From contig DATBEF010000140.1 of NCBI GenBank assembly GCA_036269625.1, positions 188 through 64,187 on the forward strand: 64,000 nt of DNA, read 5' to 3'. Below, piece after piece: positions 11,401-20,003 of the stretch (the stretch's first letter is position 1; the number at the start of each line of letters is the position of its first letter). Below the pieces are notes generated by a model. The model was given only the letters and a program-made list of their open reading frames with translations. It had not been told where the DNA came from and searched no databases. The position numbers and the translations under genes were made by a program. This DNA is from Bryobacteraceae bacterium. Its GTDB lineage: Bacteria > Acidobacteriota > Terriglobia > Bryobacterales > Bryobacteraceae.

Positions 11401-13225
11401 AAATGGCGAGGGTGGTCGTAGTTGGCTCGGCGATGCTGGCGCTAAATGATACTGGCGTGGAACCGGAGAAGTTATTATCGCCGGAATAAGAGGCACCGAG
11501 AGATTGCGCACCGGCGGGCAGGGTGATCCCAGTGAGAGTCGCGGTAGCTGAGCCGCTAAAGCTGGAAAGGATAACACCGGCTCCCGAAGGGTACGGATTC
11601 CCGAGCACTAGGTCGGCAATTTCGTCGCCGTTCAGATCAACTCCCAGAACAGCGCTCAATCCGTACTGGGATGTAAAGCTGAATCCATCTTGAAACTGCC
11701 CTGGTGTAGAAGCCTCATTCAGGAGAATGTAGGCTGCGGACTTCTGGGTGATTATTGCGAGGTCCGGCAACCCATCGTTGTTGAAATCCGCCGTGGTCAA
11801 TGCTGTGACCCCATCAAAATTCAGAACGAATAGATTCGAGACCACGCTGAGAAATTGGCCGGGGTGGGTTGGGTCTCCTGGGAGCAGAGACAGCGCGGTC
11901 GCGGGCCCGTTTTCCAACGAGCTGAAAACAATGTCCTGCACTCCGTCGTGATTGAAATCCGCAACTGCCAACGGACCTGATACTGGGCTGTAACTAACAA
12001 CGCGCGCGGTCAAAAACGTCCCAGGATGGCTCGGGTCGCCGAACAAGACTTCTATCTGGTTATTACTCTGATCGCTTGCGTAAGGGGTCGCGGCTACCAC
12101 GACATCGGGAATAGAATCCCCATTAAAGTCTCCCACCGCGATGGTAGTCGGGTTGCCGGCGATCTTATAGTCCACTTCAGGCATAAAGGTTCCAGGGTTG
12201 GACGGATTACCGAGTAGAACGCCTACAGTGCTCCCGGTGTTGTTCGCAATGGCTAAATCCAACATGCCATCGCCATTAAAATCGGCGAGCACCAGACCGA
12301 TCGGATTGTTGGGCGCGGAAAAAGTCTGCTCCGCGAGAAACTGTCCAGGATGGGATGGATCAGCCAGGAATACACCGACCGTCGATGCATGCAGAACGGC
12401 TAGATCTGTCCAACCATCGTTGTTGAAATCGCCTGCAACAATGGAGGTTGCCGGCGCTGAAGTTTGAAAGGAAATGGCCGTGAGAAATGTGCCCGGATTG
12501 GACGCGTTTCCGGGGAACTCAACTAAGCCGCTTACGTTGTGTAAGATGCCTGCGAGATCGGGAATCCCGTCGTTATTGAAATCCGCTGCGACAAACTGTT
12601 CAATGACATTGGGCGCGGAGTAGAGGGTAGGTGTAGACGCGAACCCCTGGTTTATTTCGGCTGCACCCAGTCTTGCGCTCCCCAACGTTGTGCTTCCGTT
12701 ACTGAAGGTCACGGCGCCTGTGGGCGCGGCCTGTAGGCCCGTTCCGGTCACAATTGTGGTCAAGTCGTAAGTGCCGGGTGTGGCGCGATCAATGCGTTCC
12801 AAGAGGCTGATCGTTGACGGTACTTGCCCTTGCACCGCCAACACGACCGCCGCCGACGTGCTTCCGGCCGCTTTTTGCGATCCATTGGGTGCGCCACCGT
12901 AGACTGCCGTCAGCGAATGTTGGCCCGGCTGGAACGATCGTGTCTTTATAACAGCGGTTCCGGCCGCCGTGCCATTCGCCACCACTTGCGCCGTCCCCAA
13001 GACACGCTTGCCCTCTAGAAAAGTTACGGTCCCGCCGGCAACGGGCGCAAGATTCACCTCCACTGTTGCCGTGAGAGTCGCTACTGCACCTGGCGCGAGC
13101 GGATTGGGGCTGGCGGCCAGTACGTTTGTCGTCGGATTGGTCTGGGCTGTGGCGGTGAAGCTGCCCAGCAAACATCCACCGACTAGATACACAAAGATGG
13201 AACGGAGAGTTCCCCCGAGAGACAT
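5444..13225 (-). CDS. giant secreted Ig-like / FG-GAP (VCBS-type) repeat protein, 4 x seven-bladed propeller architecture
   Basis: Uninterrupted 2593-aa ORF with signal peptide MSLGGTLRSIFVYLVGGCLLGSFTATAQT. It has 28 D-x-N-x-D-G-x-x-D loops (ADFNGDGIPD etc.) in 4 groups of 7. An Ig-like pair (..TLTATV..VTFLEGKRVLGTAQV..HSLTAVYGG..) precedes each group. Confidence 0.9.
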   Translation of the reverse strand: MSLGGTLRSIFVYLVGGCLLGSFTATAQTNPTTNVLAASPNPLAPGAVATLTATVEVNLAPVAGGTVTFLEGKRVLGTAQVVANGTAAGTAVIKTRSFQPGQHSLTAVYGGAPNGSQKAAGSTSAAVVLAVQGQVPSTISLLERIDRATPGTYDLTTIVTGTGLQAAPTGAVTFSNGSTTLGSARLGAAEINQGFASTPTLYSAPNVIEQFVAADFNNDGIPDLAGILHNVSGLVEFPGNASNPGTFLTAISFQTSAPATSIVAGDFNNDGWTDLAVLHASTVGVFLADPSHPGQFLAEQTFSAPNNPIGLVLADFNGDGMLDLAIANNTGSTVGVLLGNPSNPGTFMPEVDYKIAGNPTTIAVGDFNGDSIPDVVVAATPYASDQSNNQIEVLFGDPSHPGTFLTARVVSYSPVSGPLAVADFNHDGVQDIVFSSLENGPATALSLLPGDPTHPGQFLSVVSNLFVLNFDGVTALTTADFNNDGLPDLAIITQKSAAYILLNEASTPGQFQDGFSFTSQYGLSAVLGVDLNGDEIADLVLGNPYPSGAGVILSSFSGSATATLTGITLPAGAQSLGASYSGDNNFSGSTPVSFSASIAEPTTTTLAISSPGIVVKGTAITLTSTVALNGQAVTAGRVKFLDGKRFLGAAQVSSSGIAFLKTSSFNPGAHSLTAVFEGAAHAALGNLAPSVSSAVGLTITGQPGSGAALTATTRDKNLVNDNFTAIVGAFGLTSPTGTVAVQDTTSNTTLATGTLSSSNAGIGYLPAVSFKGPNSPGYGGAVITADFNGDGIPDVGAVDYVNNVLDIFLGDPNHPGQFIQGMSVTLPPNSAYGGDLIIADFNGDGIPDIAFLAPDASNALQILLGDPANPGQFKPAIGYSFPTSEEALNLAVGDLNGDGLPDLIVGGSNITIFLNNPASPGQFLAPSQTGLESYSSLFIADLNGDGVRDIITENTYLPGDPANPGQFLPGVSLNLGSSEEIEAVADINGDGLPDMVAVSGQLLQILLNSPTNPGQFIPNTPAALNGVRPSQVIAADVNGDGVIDLIVGVEYVSLPGYVSPQFGLQVFLGDTSNPGQFIAQPVLPYLDLSWHAIADFNGDGLLDVATLNPIAVDISLAANIASGYFADTPVPTPGPNVLNASYAGDSIYLSSVSPAIAINVPVSSTTVLSASPLSALLGTTITLTATVTISGNPAATGTVQFRDGTSILGSAQIIGSGSQGGSAIFETKLGVGAHTLTAVYSGAPLSNQYDNGSSSAPVTVTINGTPNTATWLSVAGSSPGKYNLTAAVSTFNQAVPAGSVTFRDLAQHVTLGELPLPSTSAWGFASPVLTPVSQSLYGATFTAGDLNGDSVPDLVVTNGGLLLLLSDPQNPGKFQRQISIATAETATGVAIADVNGDGVPDLITCEGTTAPQGLAGLVEIFLGIPNSPGHFATPAQYKLSSGRVSGAIRVADLNRDGIPDIAVLTSPLLQVTIFEGNPNQPGTFVQTGQVGGGLDTSDSGYGQVQLQIADLNNDGLPDLLTGVGSVNVVLNNSDSPGAFLSANKIGTGSFVVTADFNGDGIPDIAYADVGNVVTVLLSVAGQPGTFQSAVTYSAGNGITGLVAGDFNRDGHSDLAVANATDTTISVLTNDGTHPGQFLPQVVYPTAASPTYLATADMNGDGFPDLVALDRAGNVEVLLSGLESSVVLSNIALPGSGYHNLQAAFRPVNNRFAAPLGASNSNIVQIVLPSTPTVSLSANPITVALGNVVTLIATVTVDSETTQNVRGGLVEFFDGPRSLGTAQVVISGTAQGTATLRTASFGPGTHTITANFGGALRGPIPALAAASAPASITITGLVASTTSLTVNPDPSNNANSAFQATVLGFAPNPPMGPVNFVNNTASATMGSIPLSGSPSFSCGPALISPFNLNIGYHAWVSGDFNNDGILDLAVLSPPGVLGVAFGDPNHPGQFLPETDYNLNQSITVPTMVAADFNGDGVLDLAIGTVGGTTGPTSATTQVFLGEPAHPGQFQSPITMPLGGEFGQLVTADFNADGLPDLAYFDPTFHALTVALADPAHPGQFLPGIVTSLPGGYQQIAIADMNHDGFPDLVLTSGSQPSGLNLLVMIADLKNPGQFAASTSISLGSGVSSVNVADFNEDGLPDVLSIQNSKLVLYANDPSNPGNFLPPAPAAAKPLSATIYGNVVSASAYDMNGDGLVDLVLWNTSSSWVSLNDAANPGHFLNPTSTNTISFVTGALIGDFNSDGLPDLLEVGRTDSTVVVYPGGLSLTANLDKIALPAPNQSVVAEYSGDSDYQLSTSNTVTAPWPRPIDTYLYFGPLPNTVYTGATLVVNTVAVGQGDLPMSSGSITFTLTDPAFNNTSLGTLPVNSAGYASIPITVFTPGRYFLSAAYSGTSVWAPTTQGLTIDVLANSAPAALHATPNPILVPTGSTTGSTSLSWTAPGATTTEVHTNSPSGPLVASGGSSNAEVAVSSVSDGTIFYLQDTSNGKALTLPNTLDTVMVHVRTAPVFSATPNPMILGGGMLTGTTLLQWNAPAGITTVEIHQGSFNGPLIGGGGATGSAAALGIAPGTVFYLQNTTGGQSLSAAGTLGILTVQ

Positions 13226-13333
13226 AGCTTCTCAATATAGTGGTTCCTCCGGGGTACCCGCAATTGCCGCAGCGGTATAAGACCAGTAGAGAAGGTGGTG
13301 CTTAAATGAAATTAATCAAAGTAAGCCCCGCAG

Positions 13334-14011
13334 ATGAACCTCGCTCTCATATTCGCGCTCGTCATTCTTGGGCCACTCAGTTCCCGCGCCCAGACTGAAC
13401 CGCTGATCCTCCATATCCCCGGAGCGCCAAATTTGGTGTTTCGCGACGTGCGCATCGGCGCTACTTATCAGGAGATCAACGCCTACACGGCGCGGGTTGA
13501 TGCCTCGCTCTCGCCTGCGGAGAATGTCGCCTGGGTTCACTTGACTCTGCAACTCGAAATGGTGCTCGAAAACGGCACGCGACGGCGACTGGCGATGCAG
13601 TGTTCAGATTGCGCGGGCCCTCTCTCCACGTATTTCGAATCGTCGCCGTGGGAAGCCGAGCACGTGAAGACCTTCGTTTTTCGGGCTGTTTCTGGCGACT
13701 ACCTAACCGAAAAAGAACTGCTCGCATACAGCGGTTGGGTTGCCCGTGATAGTGGCTGCTATGCCCAGGCCGTTGCGAAACGCAATTCTCTCAGCGCTCT
13801 GGCAGCCTCCGGATGCATCGAGACGACGCAAACGGAATTGGCCGCGACTGTCGGGATTAATGAGGCCGGCGCGTCGAATGGGGCGGTAATGGTCGCCCTC
13901 ACAAATAGTCCCGGCGAGCCGTCGGAGACACATCTCGGCCTGGTACCCAAGCGGCTCCTGCGGATGAAACGGATGCGCGTCATGACTCACGTGGAAAGCC
14001 AAGCGCACTAA
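13334..14011 (+). CDS. hypothetical secreted protein
   Basis: 225-aa ORF with signal peptide MNLALIFALVILGPLSSRAQ. No family recognised. Divergent from the giant gene. Confidence 0.55.
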   Translation: MNLALIFALVILGPLSSRAQTEPLILHIPGAPNLVFRDVRIGATYQEINAYTARVDASLSPAENVAWVHLTLQLEMVLENGTRRRLAMQCSDCAGPLSTYFESSPWEAEHVKTFVFRAVSGDYLTEKELLAYSGWVARDSGCYAQAVAKRNSLSALAASGCIETTQTELAATVGINEAGASNGAVMVALTNSPGEPSETHLGLVPKRLLRMKRMRVMTHVESQAH

Positions 14012-14023
14012 GCCTGACGATTC

Positions 14024-14686
14024 TTAGCCGCGCCCCTGGCCGACGCGCTCTTCCAGCATCAGATGGATCAGGGCCTCGAGCTCGCGCATGCGGTCGCCCA
14101 ACTGCTCCATATCGATTTCGGACGACTCCGCCGATGCCGCCACGCGACCATGTTCCAGCGGGCCGATTGCGGCTCCACGGGTCTTGACCACGCGTCCCGG
14201 AATTCCCACCACCGTCGCACCACTGGGAACCGAGTGCACAACCACCGATCCGGCCCCAACCTTTACGCCGTCGCCTAGCATGATGTTTCCAAGTACGGAG
14301 GCTCCAGTGCCCACCACAACGCGGTTGCCCAGAGTGGGATGGCGTTTTCCACGCTCGTTACCGGTACCTCCGATCGTCACGCCCTGATAGAGCAGAACGT
14401 CGTCCCCGATTTCGGCCGTTTCACCGATTACCACGCCCATGCCATGGTCGATGAAGAGGCGGTCACCAATGGTCGCGCCAGGGTGAATCTCGATGCCAGT
14501 AAGGAATCGTGCAAATTGCGAAATGGCCCTTGCCAGGACAAACCACCGGTGTTTGTAGAAGAAATGCGAAACGCGGTGGGCGAGAACCGCGTGTAAGCCT
14601 GGGTAACAGAGAAGGATCTCCCACTCGCTCTTGGCGGCTGGGTCTTCACGGCGAATCGCCCGTATGTGGTCGCGAAGAGCAAACAT
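14024..14686 (-). CDS. cysE: serine O-acetyltransferase
   Basis: [50 protein letters not shown] and hexapeptide repeats ([23 protein letters not shown]) are present. Confidence 0.9.
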   Translation of the reverse strand: MFALRDHIRAIRREDPAAKSEWEILLCYPGLHAVLAHRVSHFFYKHRWFVLARAISQFARFLTGIEIHPGATIGDRLFIDHGMGVVIGETAEIGDDVLLYQGVTIGGTGNERGKRHPTLGNRVVVGTGASVLGNIMLGDGVKVGAGSVVVHSVPSGATVVGIPGRVVKTRGAAIGPLEHGRVAASAESSEIDMEQLGDRMRELEALIHLMLEERVGQGRG

Positions 14687-14775
14687 CGGTTGAACGGTTC
14701 CTCCTTGGTGGGATGCTAAGCCCGAAAAGAAAGGTTCTCCGATAATAGCGTAGGGCGCTTTTGTAACGTGGTTCT

Positions 14776-15960
14776 TTGGTCACCGAACGGCTCTACTACA
14801 CAGACCCTTATTTGCGCGAGTTCCATGCGCGCGTCATGGATGGCGGAGAGGATGGACGGCGAATTTACCTGGATCGCACCGCTTTTTATCCCGCCTCGGG
14901 CGGCCAGCCCCACGATCTCGGGACGATAAACGGCGTGCAAGTGGTTGAGGTAATTGACGAAGGCGAACGGATTGCCCATATTCTGGCCGCAGGCGGAGCA
15001 TCCGGGCTCTCTCGCTCGGAGGAGGCCGACTGCCGGATTGACTGGCCCCGCCGCTACGATCACATGCAGCAGCACACTGGCCAGCATCTGTTATCCGCTG
15101 TTCTGGTGGAGCGGTTTGGCTTCCCAACGTTAAGCTTCCACATGGGCGCAGAGACATCGTCGATTGAGCTGGGTACGCCCGAGTTTACTGAATCGCAAAT
15201 TGAGGAGGCCGAGCGCCGGGCTCAGGAACTGGTCTGGGCGGCGCGCCCGGTCGCGATTGCGTTCGAAGAGGCGGCAGCAGTCCAGGGGCTCCGAAAACCG
15301 AGCGAGCGGACCGGCGCCTTGCGAATTATCGAGATAGAAGGGGTGGACCGAAGCGCTTGCGGCGGGACGCACGTTCGCTCTACTGCGGAATTAGGGCCGA
15401 TTCAGATACGGAAGTCTGAAAAGATCCGCGGGAACGTCCGCATAGAGTTCGTATGCGGGCAGCGCGCCCAACGCCGTGCGCGGCAGGATTATCGCCTTCT
15501 AACCGAGCTAACGCGCCTCACTTCCGTGGCCATCGATTCCTTGCCCGGGCACGTTGCCACGATGCGGGACAGATTGACCGAGGCGGAAAAAGGGCGGCAG
15601 CGGCTGGCTCTCGATCTTGCCGGGCGAGACGCCGAGGCGCTTTACGACTCGACGGCACCGGGTCCCGATGGAGTGCGACGGGCTGTTTGGCTCGTTCCGG
15701 CCATTGGTCCCGAAGAGCGGACAAAAGCGGCAGCATACACCCGGCGCGGTAGAGCTTTAGTCCTCATAGCGGGCACGAATCCCATGGCAGCGCTCGTTGC
15801 CGCTTCAGAGGATGCCGGGGTCGACGCCGGAGCGGTGTTAAAGAAGGTGTTGACGGCTGTTGGCGGTCGCGGCGGCGGCTCGCCCACGCTGGCGCAAGGC
15901 AGTGTGCCCGACGCCCAGGCGCTCGACGCAGTTGTTGCGGCGCTGGGGATACAGAATTGA
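14776..15960 (+). CDS. alaX: alanyl-tRNA editing protein (AlaX-L type, SAD + DHHA1-like)
   Basis: HTGQHLLS and CGGTHV zinc/editing motifs are present. Glycine-rich C-terminal [13 protein letters not shown]. 394 aa. Confidence 0.8.
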   Translation: MVTERLYYTDPYLREFHARVMDGGEDGRRIYLDRTAFYPASGGQPHDLGTINGVQVVEVIDEGERIAHILAAGGASGLSRSEEADCRIDWPRRYDHMQQHTGQHLLSAVLVERFGFPTLSFHMGAETSSIELGTPEFTESQIEEAERRAQELVWAARPVAIAFEEAAAVQGLRKPSERTGALRIIEIEGVDRSACGGTHVRSTAELGPIQIRKSEKIRGNVRIEFVCGQRAQRRARQDYRLLTELTRLTSVAIDSLPGHVATMRDRLTEAEKGRQRLALDLAGRDAEALYDSTAPGPDGVRRAVWLVPAIGPEERTKAAAYTRRGRALVLIAGTNPMAALVAASEDAGVDAGAVLKKVLTAVGGRGGGSPTLAQGSVPDAQALDAVVAALGIQN

Positions 15961-16044
15961 CCATTACTACTAGCGCCCTTCTGGCCTCCTGAGTTTCCCC
16001 TTCCTTGCAGCGCTTTACCGTACACTCAAAGTTGGAGGTCCAAC

Positions 16045-16422
16045 TTGGATACTCACCGGGCTGAACGGGTTTCCGAAGCGCTCCGCGAGGAACTGGGCGA
16101 GATGATCGCTTATGAACTGTCCGACCCTAGAATTGGGGATGCAACCATTACCGAAGTGCTGGTTTCTCCCGACATGCGGCACGCTCAGGTGCGGCTGCAT
16201 TTGAGTGAGAAACCGAGAGAACAGGAAGATACCATCCGGGCGCTCGACGGCGCGCGCCATTTCCTGCGCCGGCAGCTTGCCGAACGACTGAACCTTTTCC
16301 GGGTGCCGGAACTGCATTTCGAGTCGGACGTGAGCGGCCGGGATAACATCCGACTGGAACAGCTGATGAAGCGTATCCGGCGCGGACGGCCACGCGACCA
16401 GCAAACTTCTTCCGAGGGTTAG
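16045..16422 (+). CDS. rbfA: ribosome-binding factor A
   Basis: RAERVSEALREELGEMIAYELSDPRIGDATITEVLVSPDMRHAQVRL; 125 aa. Confidence 0.9.
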   Translation: MDTHRAERVSEALREELGEMIAYELSDPRIGDATITEVLVSPDMRHAQVRLHLSEKPREQEDTIRALDGARHFLRRQLAERLNLFRVPELHFESDVSGRDNIRLEQLMKRIRRGRPRDQQTSSEG

Positions 16423-16433
16423 GCTGAAAGCGC

Positions 16434-17438
16434 TTGCTTACGCGCGCGCCTCAGAAGCGTTACGTTCGCCGCCTTGCCGCGTTTGTCCTTCCATTCGTGG
16501 CCCTGGCTGCGTTCGCTGGCCAGGACACTATACGGCTCGAGCGCAAGCTGAACGCAATGGGCACCGGCTACACGCTGGACCTCTACGGCTCAAATGCAGG
16601 ACTCCTCGAAGCAGCCGCGGAACAGTCGTTGGAAGAAGTACAGCGATTGGACCAAATGATGTCCAATTACATCCCAGACAGTGAACTCAGTAATGTGAAC
16701 GATCACGCGGCGGACCACCCGGTGAGAGTCTCACGCGAGCTGTTTGACCTGCTCGCGACCTGCATGGATTACAGCCGTAAGAGCGAAGGAACTTTTGATA
16801 TTACGGTTGGGCCATTGATGAAGGTTTGGGGTTTCTATAAAGGAACCGGCCATCTGCCGCACCGAGCTGAAATCAAAACGGTTTTGGAGTTAGTCGGCTA
16901 CCAAAAGGTACAACTCGATCCGGCACACCTAACGGTCCACTTCGCCGAGCATGGAATGAATCTTGATTTGGGCGGGGTAGGAAAAGGGTATGCGGTGGAC
17001 CGCGTGGTGGCTATTCTGCGGCGGCGCGGAATCACTTCGGCCTTGGTCTCCGGGGGCGGCAGCAGCATCTATGGCATCGGAACGCCTCCCAACGACCGGC
17101 GTGGCTGGTACATTCGTATCCGCGATCCAAAAGACGCAAACAAGACCGCTGCGGAAGTGTATTTGAACAATCAATCGTTATCTACGTCTGGCAATTACGA
17201 GAAGTTTTTTTGGGCGGAAGGTAAACTTTATAGTCACATCATGGACCCGCGCACCGGATATCCGTCGGAAGGCATGCTATCGGTCTCAATTGTTTCGCCC
17301 AGGACCTTGGATAGCGAAGTTTGGGCCAAGCCCTATTACATTTTGGGCCGGGCATGGACCATCGCCCACAAGCCGAACGATTTCCGCGTTTTTATGTGTG
17401 AAGACAAGCTGGGGGTTCCATGCGCTTGGCTCCGTTAG
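16434..17438 (+). CDS. apbE: FAD:protein FMN transferase (ApbE family), exported
   Basis: FDITVGPLMKVWGF, GGVGKGYAVDRVV, LSTSGNYEKFF and HIMDPRTGYP motifs are present. N-terminal hydrophobic signal. Confidence 0.85.
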   Translation: MLTRAPQKRYVRRLAAFVLPFVALAAFAGQDTIRLERKLNAMGTGYTLDLYGSNAGLLEAAAEQSLEEVQRLDQMMSNYIPDSELSNVNDHAADHPVRVSRELFDLLATCMDYSRKSEGTFDITVGPLMKVWGFYKGTGHLPHRAEIKTVLELVGYQKVQLDPAHLTVHFAEHGMNLDLGGVGKGYAVDRVVAILRRRGITSALVSGGGSSIYGIGTPPNDRRGWYIRIRDPKDANKTAAEVYLNNQSLSTSGNYEKFFWAEGKLYSHIMDPRTGYPSEGMLSVSIVSPRTLDSEVWAKPYYILGRAWTIAHKPNDFRVFMCEDKLGVPCAWLR

Positions 17439-18460
17439 GCGGGCGCTTTCTGGATGCTTGCCGCCGCCGCACGACCGACGTACGGCCGGTGTGGTTCATG
17501 CGTCAAGCGGGCCGCTATTTGAAGCCGTACCGTGATATTCGCGCGCACCACGGAATTCTCGAAATTTGCAAAAATCCGGAGCTCGCGGCGGCTGTCACTC
17601 TACAACCAATCGACATTCTGGATGTCGATGCGGCCATCATTTTTGCCGACTTGCTATTGCCGGTCGAGCCCATGGGTTTGCGCCTTGAGTTTGTGGCTGG
17701 CGAAGGACCGTCAATCGATAATCCGATCACCGAGCCTGAAGACATCGATGGACTCTCAACGGCCCGCACCGACGATCTCGGGTATGTGGGCGAATCCATA
17801 AAGCTGGTAACAAAGGCGCTGGCCGGCCGCATACCCGTGATTGGCTTCGTCGGCGCACCGTTCACGCTTGCCAGCTATATGATTGAGGGCGGCCCTTCGA
17901 AGACATTTCTCAAGACGAAGAAGCTGATGTATGGCGACGAGGTCATGTGGCGCCGGCTGATGGGCAAGCTGGTAGATGTCTTGGGCGATTTTGGCGGCAT
18001 TCAGGTCGGCGCCGGTGCGCGCGCGATGCAGGTTTTCGATAGCTGGGTGGGCGCACTCAGTCCAGAAGATTACGTCCGCTACGTCCAGCCGTACTCGCGT
18101 GCACTGATTGAGCGCATTCGCGCGGCTGGCGTGCCTGTCATTCATTTCGGGACAGGCACCGGCGGATTTTTTCGCGAACTCCACGCAGCGGGCGGCGATG
18201 TCATAGGCGTCGATTGGCGCATCAATATCGACCAGGCTTGGACCGACATTGGTCATCGGGCCGCTATTCAGGGCAATCTTGACCCAGTGGCTCTATTCGC
18301 GCCGTTGGCCGAATTGAAGACCAAAGTGACCGATCTGTTGCGGCGCACCGGGACGCGTCCTGGCCACATCGTAAATCTTGGCCACGGTCTCCTGCCGGAG
18401 ACCCCTGTCGAAAGCGTAAAGGCGGTGGTCCAGATTGTTCGAGACTTCCGTCCCATATAA
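17420..18460 (+). CDS. hemE: uroporphyrinogen decarboxylase
   Basis: RPVWFMRQAGRYLKPYR signature; 346 aa. Overlaps the apbE 3-prime end by 19 nt. Confidence 0.93.
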   Translation: MRLAPLGGRFLDACRRRTTDVRPVWFMRQAGRYLKPYRDIRAHHGILEICKNPELAAAVTLQPIDILDVDAAIIFADLLLPVEPMGLRLEFVAGEGPSIDNPITEPEDIDGLSTARTDDLGYVGESIKLVTKALAGRIPVIGFVGAPFTLASYMIEGGPSKTFLKTKKLMYGDEVMWRRLMGKLVDVLGDFGGIQVGAGARAMQVFDSWVGALSPEDYVRYVQPYSRALIERIRAAGVPVIHFGTGTGGFFRELHAAGGDVIGVDWRINIDQAWTDIGHRAAIQGNLDPVALFAPLAELKTKVTDLLRRTGTRPGHIVNLGHGLLPETPVESVKAVVQIVRDFRPI

Positions 18461-18465
18461 CGCGA

Positions 18466-19875
18466 GTGGCGAAACCAAATGTAAAGCGCAGTGTACTGAT
18501 CGTGGGAGGCGGCGTTTCCGGCCTTTCCACTGCCTACTTCCTGAGCAAACAGGGCATCCGCACGACCATTGTTGAGAAGGCAGAGCGTCTCGGGGGGCTG
18601 ATCCAAACCGATCGCCTCGAAGGCTGTGATCTCGAAGCCGGGCCCGATAGCTATATTGCCGCCAAGCCGGCGGTTACTGAACTGGCAGAAGAACTCGGCA
18701 TCAAAGATCGCATCATCGGGTCGAACGATGCCGAACGCCGTATCTTCATCGTGCGCCATGGCAACTTGCAGCCGTTCCCGCGCGGCATGGTGATGATGGC
18801 GCCCTCCGAACTCGGGCCTGCCCTGCGCTCTCCACTATTCAGCCTCGGCACGAAGATCGGCTTTGTACGGGAATGGTTCATGCGTCCAAAGGAACGCGCG
18901 GGGGATGTGTCCATTGAGCAATTCGTCTTGGAACATTTCGGACGCGAAGTGTTGGACGTTGTTACTGAGCCGCTGCTCTCCGGCGTTTACGGAGGCGAGG
19001 CCGGACGTCTCAGCGCGCGAAGTGTGCTGCCCAGGTTCGTTAAATATGAGGCAGAGTATGGCAGCCTAATCCGCGGTGTTCGTGGGGAGCGCAAGACTGC
19101 TGCTCAGGGTGGCAGTTTATTCCTTTCGTTCGCCGGAGGCATGCAAACCCTCATAGACACGCTAGAGCGGGCCATTGAGCCCGTCCCCAACATCGTGAAG
19201 GGCGAAGCTTTGGCGATTGAACGTGCAGACGGTGCATGGCGCGTGCGTGTAGGCGACGACTGGATCGTGGCCGATGATGTCGTGCTCGCGTGCCCGGCAT
19301 TCGCTTCCGCGCGCATTCTGGCAAACGCGGCCCCTGCACTGGCCGACCAACTCTCGGCTATCCCTTATTCGTCCGCCATCGCGGTGATGCTACTCTTCGA
19401 CCGCGCTCAATTGGAGCACACGCTCGATGGTTTTGGATTCCTTACTCCACCCTCGGAACGAAGGACCATTGCAGCTGCGACGTATATAAATACGAAGTTC
19501 CCCTCGCGCATTCGTACGGGTCTGGTTGCCCTGCGCGCCTTCCTTGTTGGGCGGCAAGCAGAAGAACGAATGAATGCGTCTGACGATGATCTCCTGCGAC
19601 TAGTACGAGAGGACTTCATACGTCTGCTTGGCATTACTGCAGCGCCGGTGCTTCATACCGTTCACCGCTGGCCCCGGTCCATGCCCCAATATATCGTCGG
19701 CCACGCGGACCGCTGCCGACAAATCCTAAAGCACTTACACGATTTACAAGGCCTCTATGTAACCTCGAATGCTTTCGAAGGCGTGGGCATTCCCGATTGC
19801 GTACGCTTGGCCAAAGAAACCGGGAATAGAGTCGCCCTATCCGCAAACGCCTTGAACATAATGGAAAAATCTTAA
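18466..19875 (+). CDS. hemY: protoporphyrinogen/coproporphyrinogen III oxidase (HemY family, FAD-dependent)
   Basis: VLIVGGGVSGLSTAYFL dinucleotide fold; 469 aa. Lies 5 nt after hemE. Substrate (proto- vs coproporphyrinogen) cannot be decided from the sequence. Confidence 0.85.
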   Translation: MAKPNVKRSVLIVGGGVSGLSTAYFLSKQGIRTTIVEKAERLGGLIQTDRLEGCDLEAGPDSYIAAKPAVTELAEELGIKDRIIGSNDAERRIFIVRHGNLQPFPRGMVMMAPSELGPALRSPLFSLGTKIGFVREWFMRPKERAGDVSIEQFVLEHFGREVLDVVTEPLLSGVYGGEAGRLSARSVLPRFVKYEAEYGSLIRGVRGERKTAAQGGSLFLSFAGGMQTLIDTLERAIEPVPNIVKGEALAIERADGAWRVRVGDDWIVADDVVLACPAFASARILANAAPALADQLSAIPYSSAIAVMLLFDRAQLEHTLDGFGFLTPPSERRTIAAATYINTKFPSRIRTGLVALRAFLVGRQAEERMNASDDDLLRLVREDFIRLLGITAAPVLHTVHRWPRSMPQYIVGHADRCRQILKHLHDLQGLYVTSNAFEGVGIPDCVRLAKETGNRVALSANALNIMEKS

Positions 19876-20003
19876 TGACTCATCCGGCTAAAAATCAACG
19901 TCTCACTCAACGGGGAGAGACGGTTCGTTACGACCAACAGTTCAAGCTGAGCTACAGTTTCTACTGAACACGAGTTTCAAACGAGGAGGAGAGACAGAGA
20001 TTT

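Noticed and set aside
5746-13280. Many plus-strand ORFs of 60-200 aa inside the giant gene (e.g. 7500..8057, 9003..9485, 10170..10769, 6791..7291).
   Set aside because: These are antisense or alternative-frame shadows of a GC-rich, repetitive 7.8-kb minus-strand ORF. Their translations are P/S/G/R-rich and low-complexity with no domain grammar, whereas the minus-strand frame is continuous and coherent.
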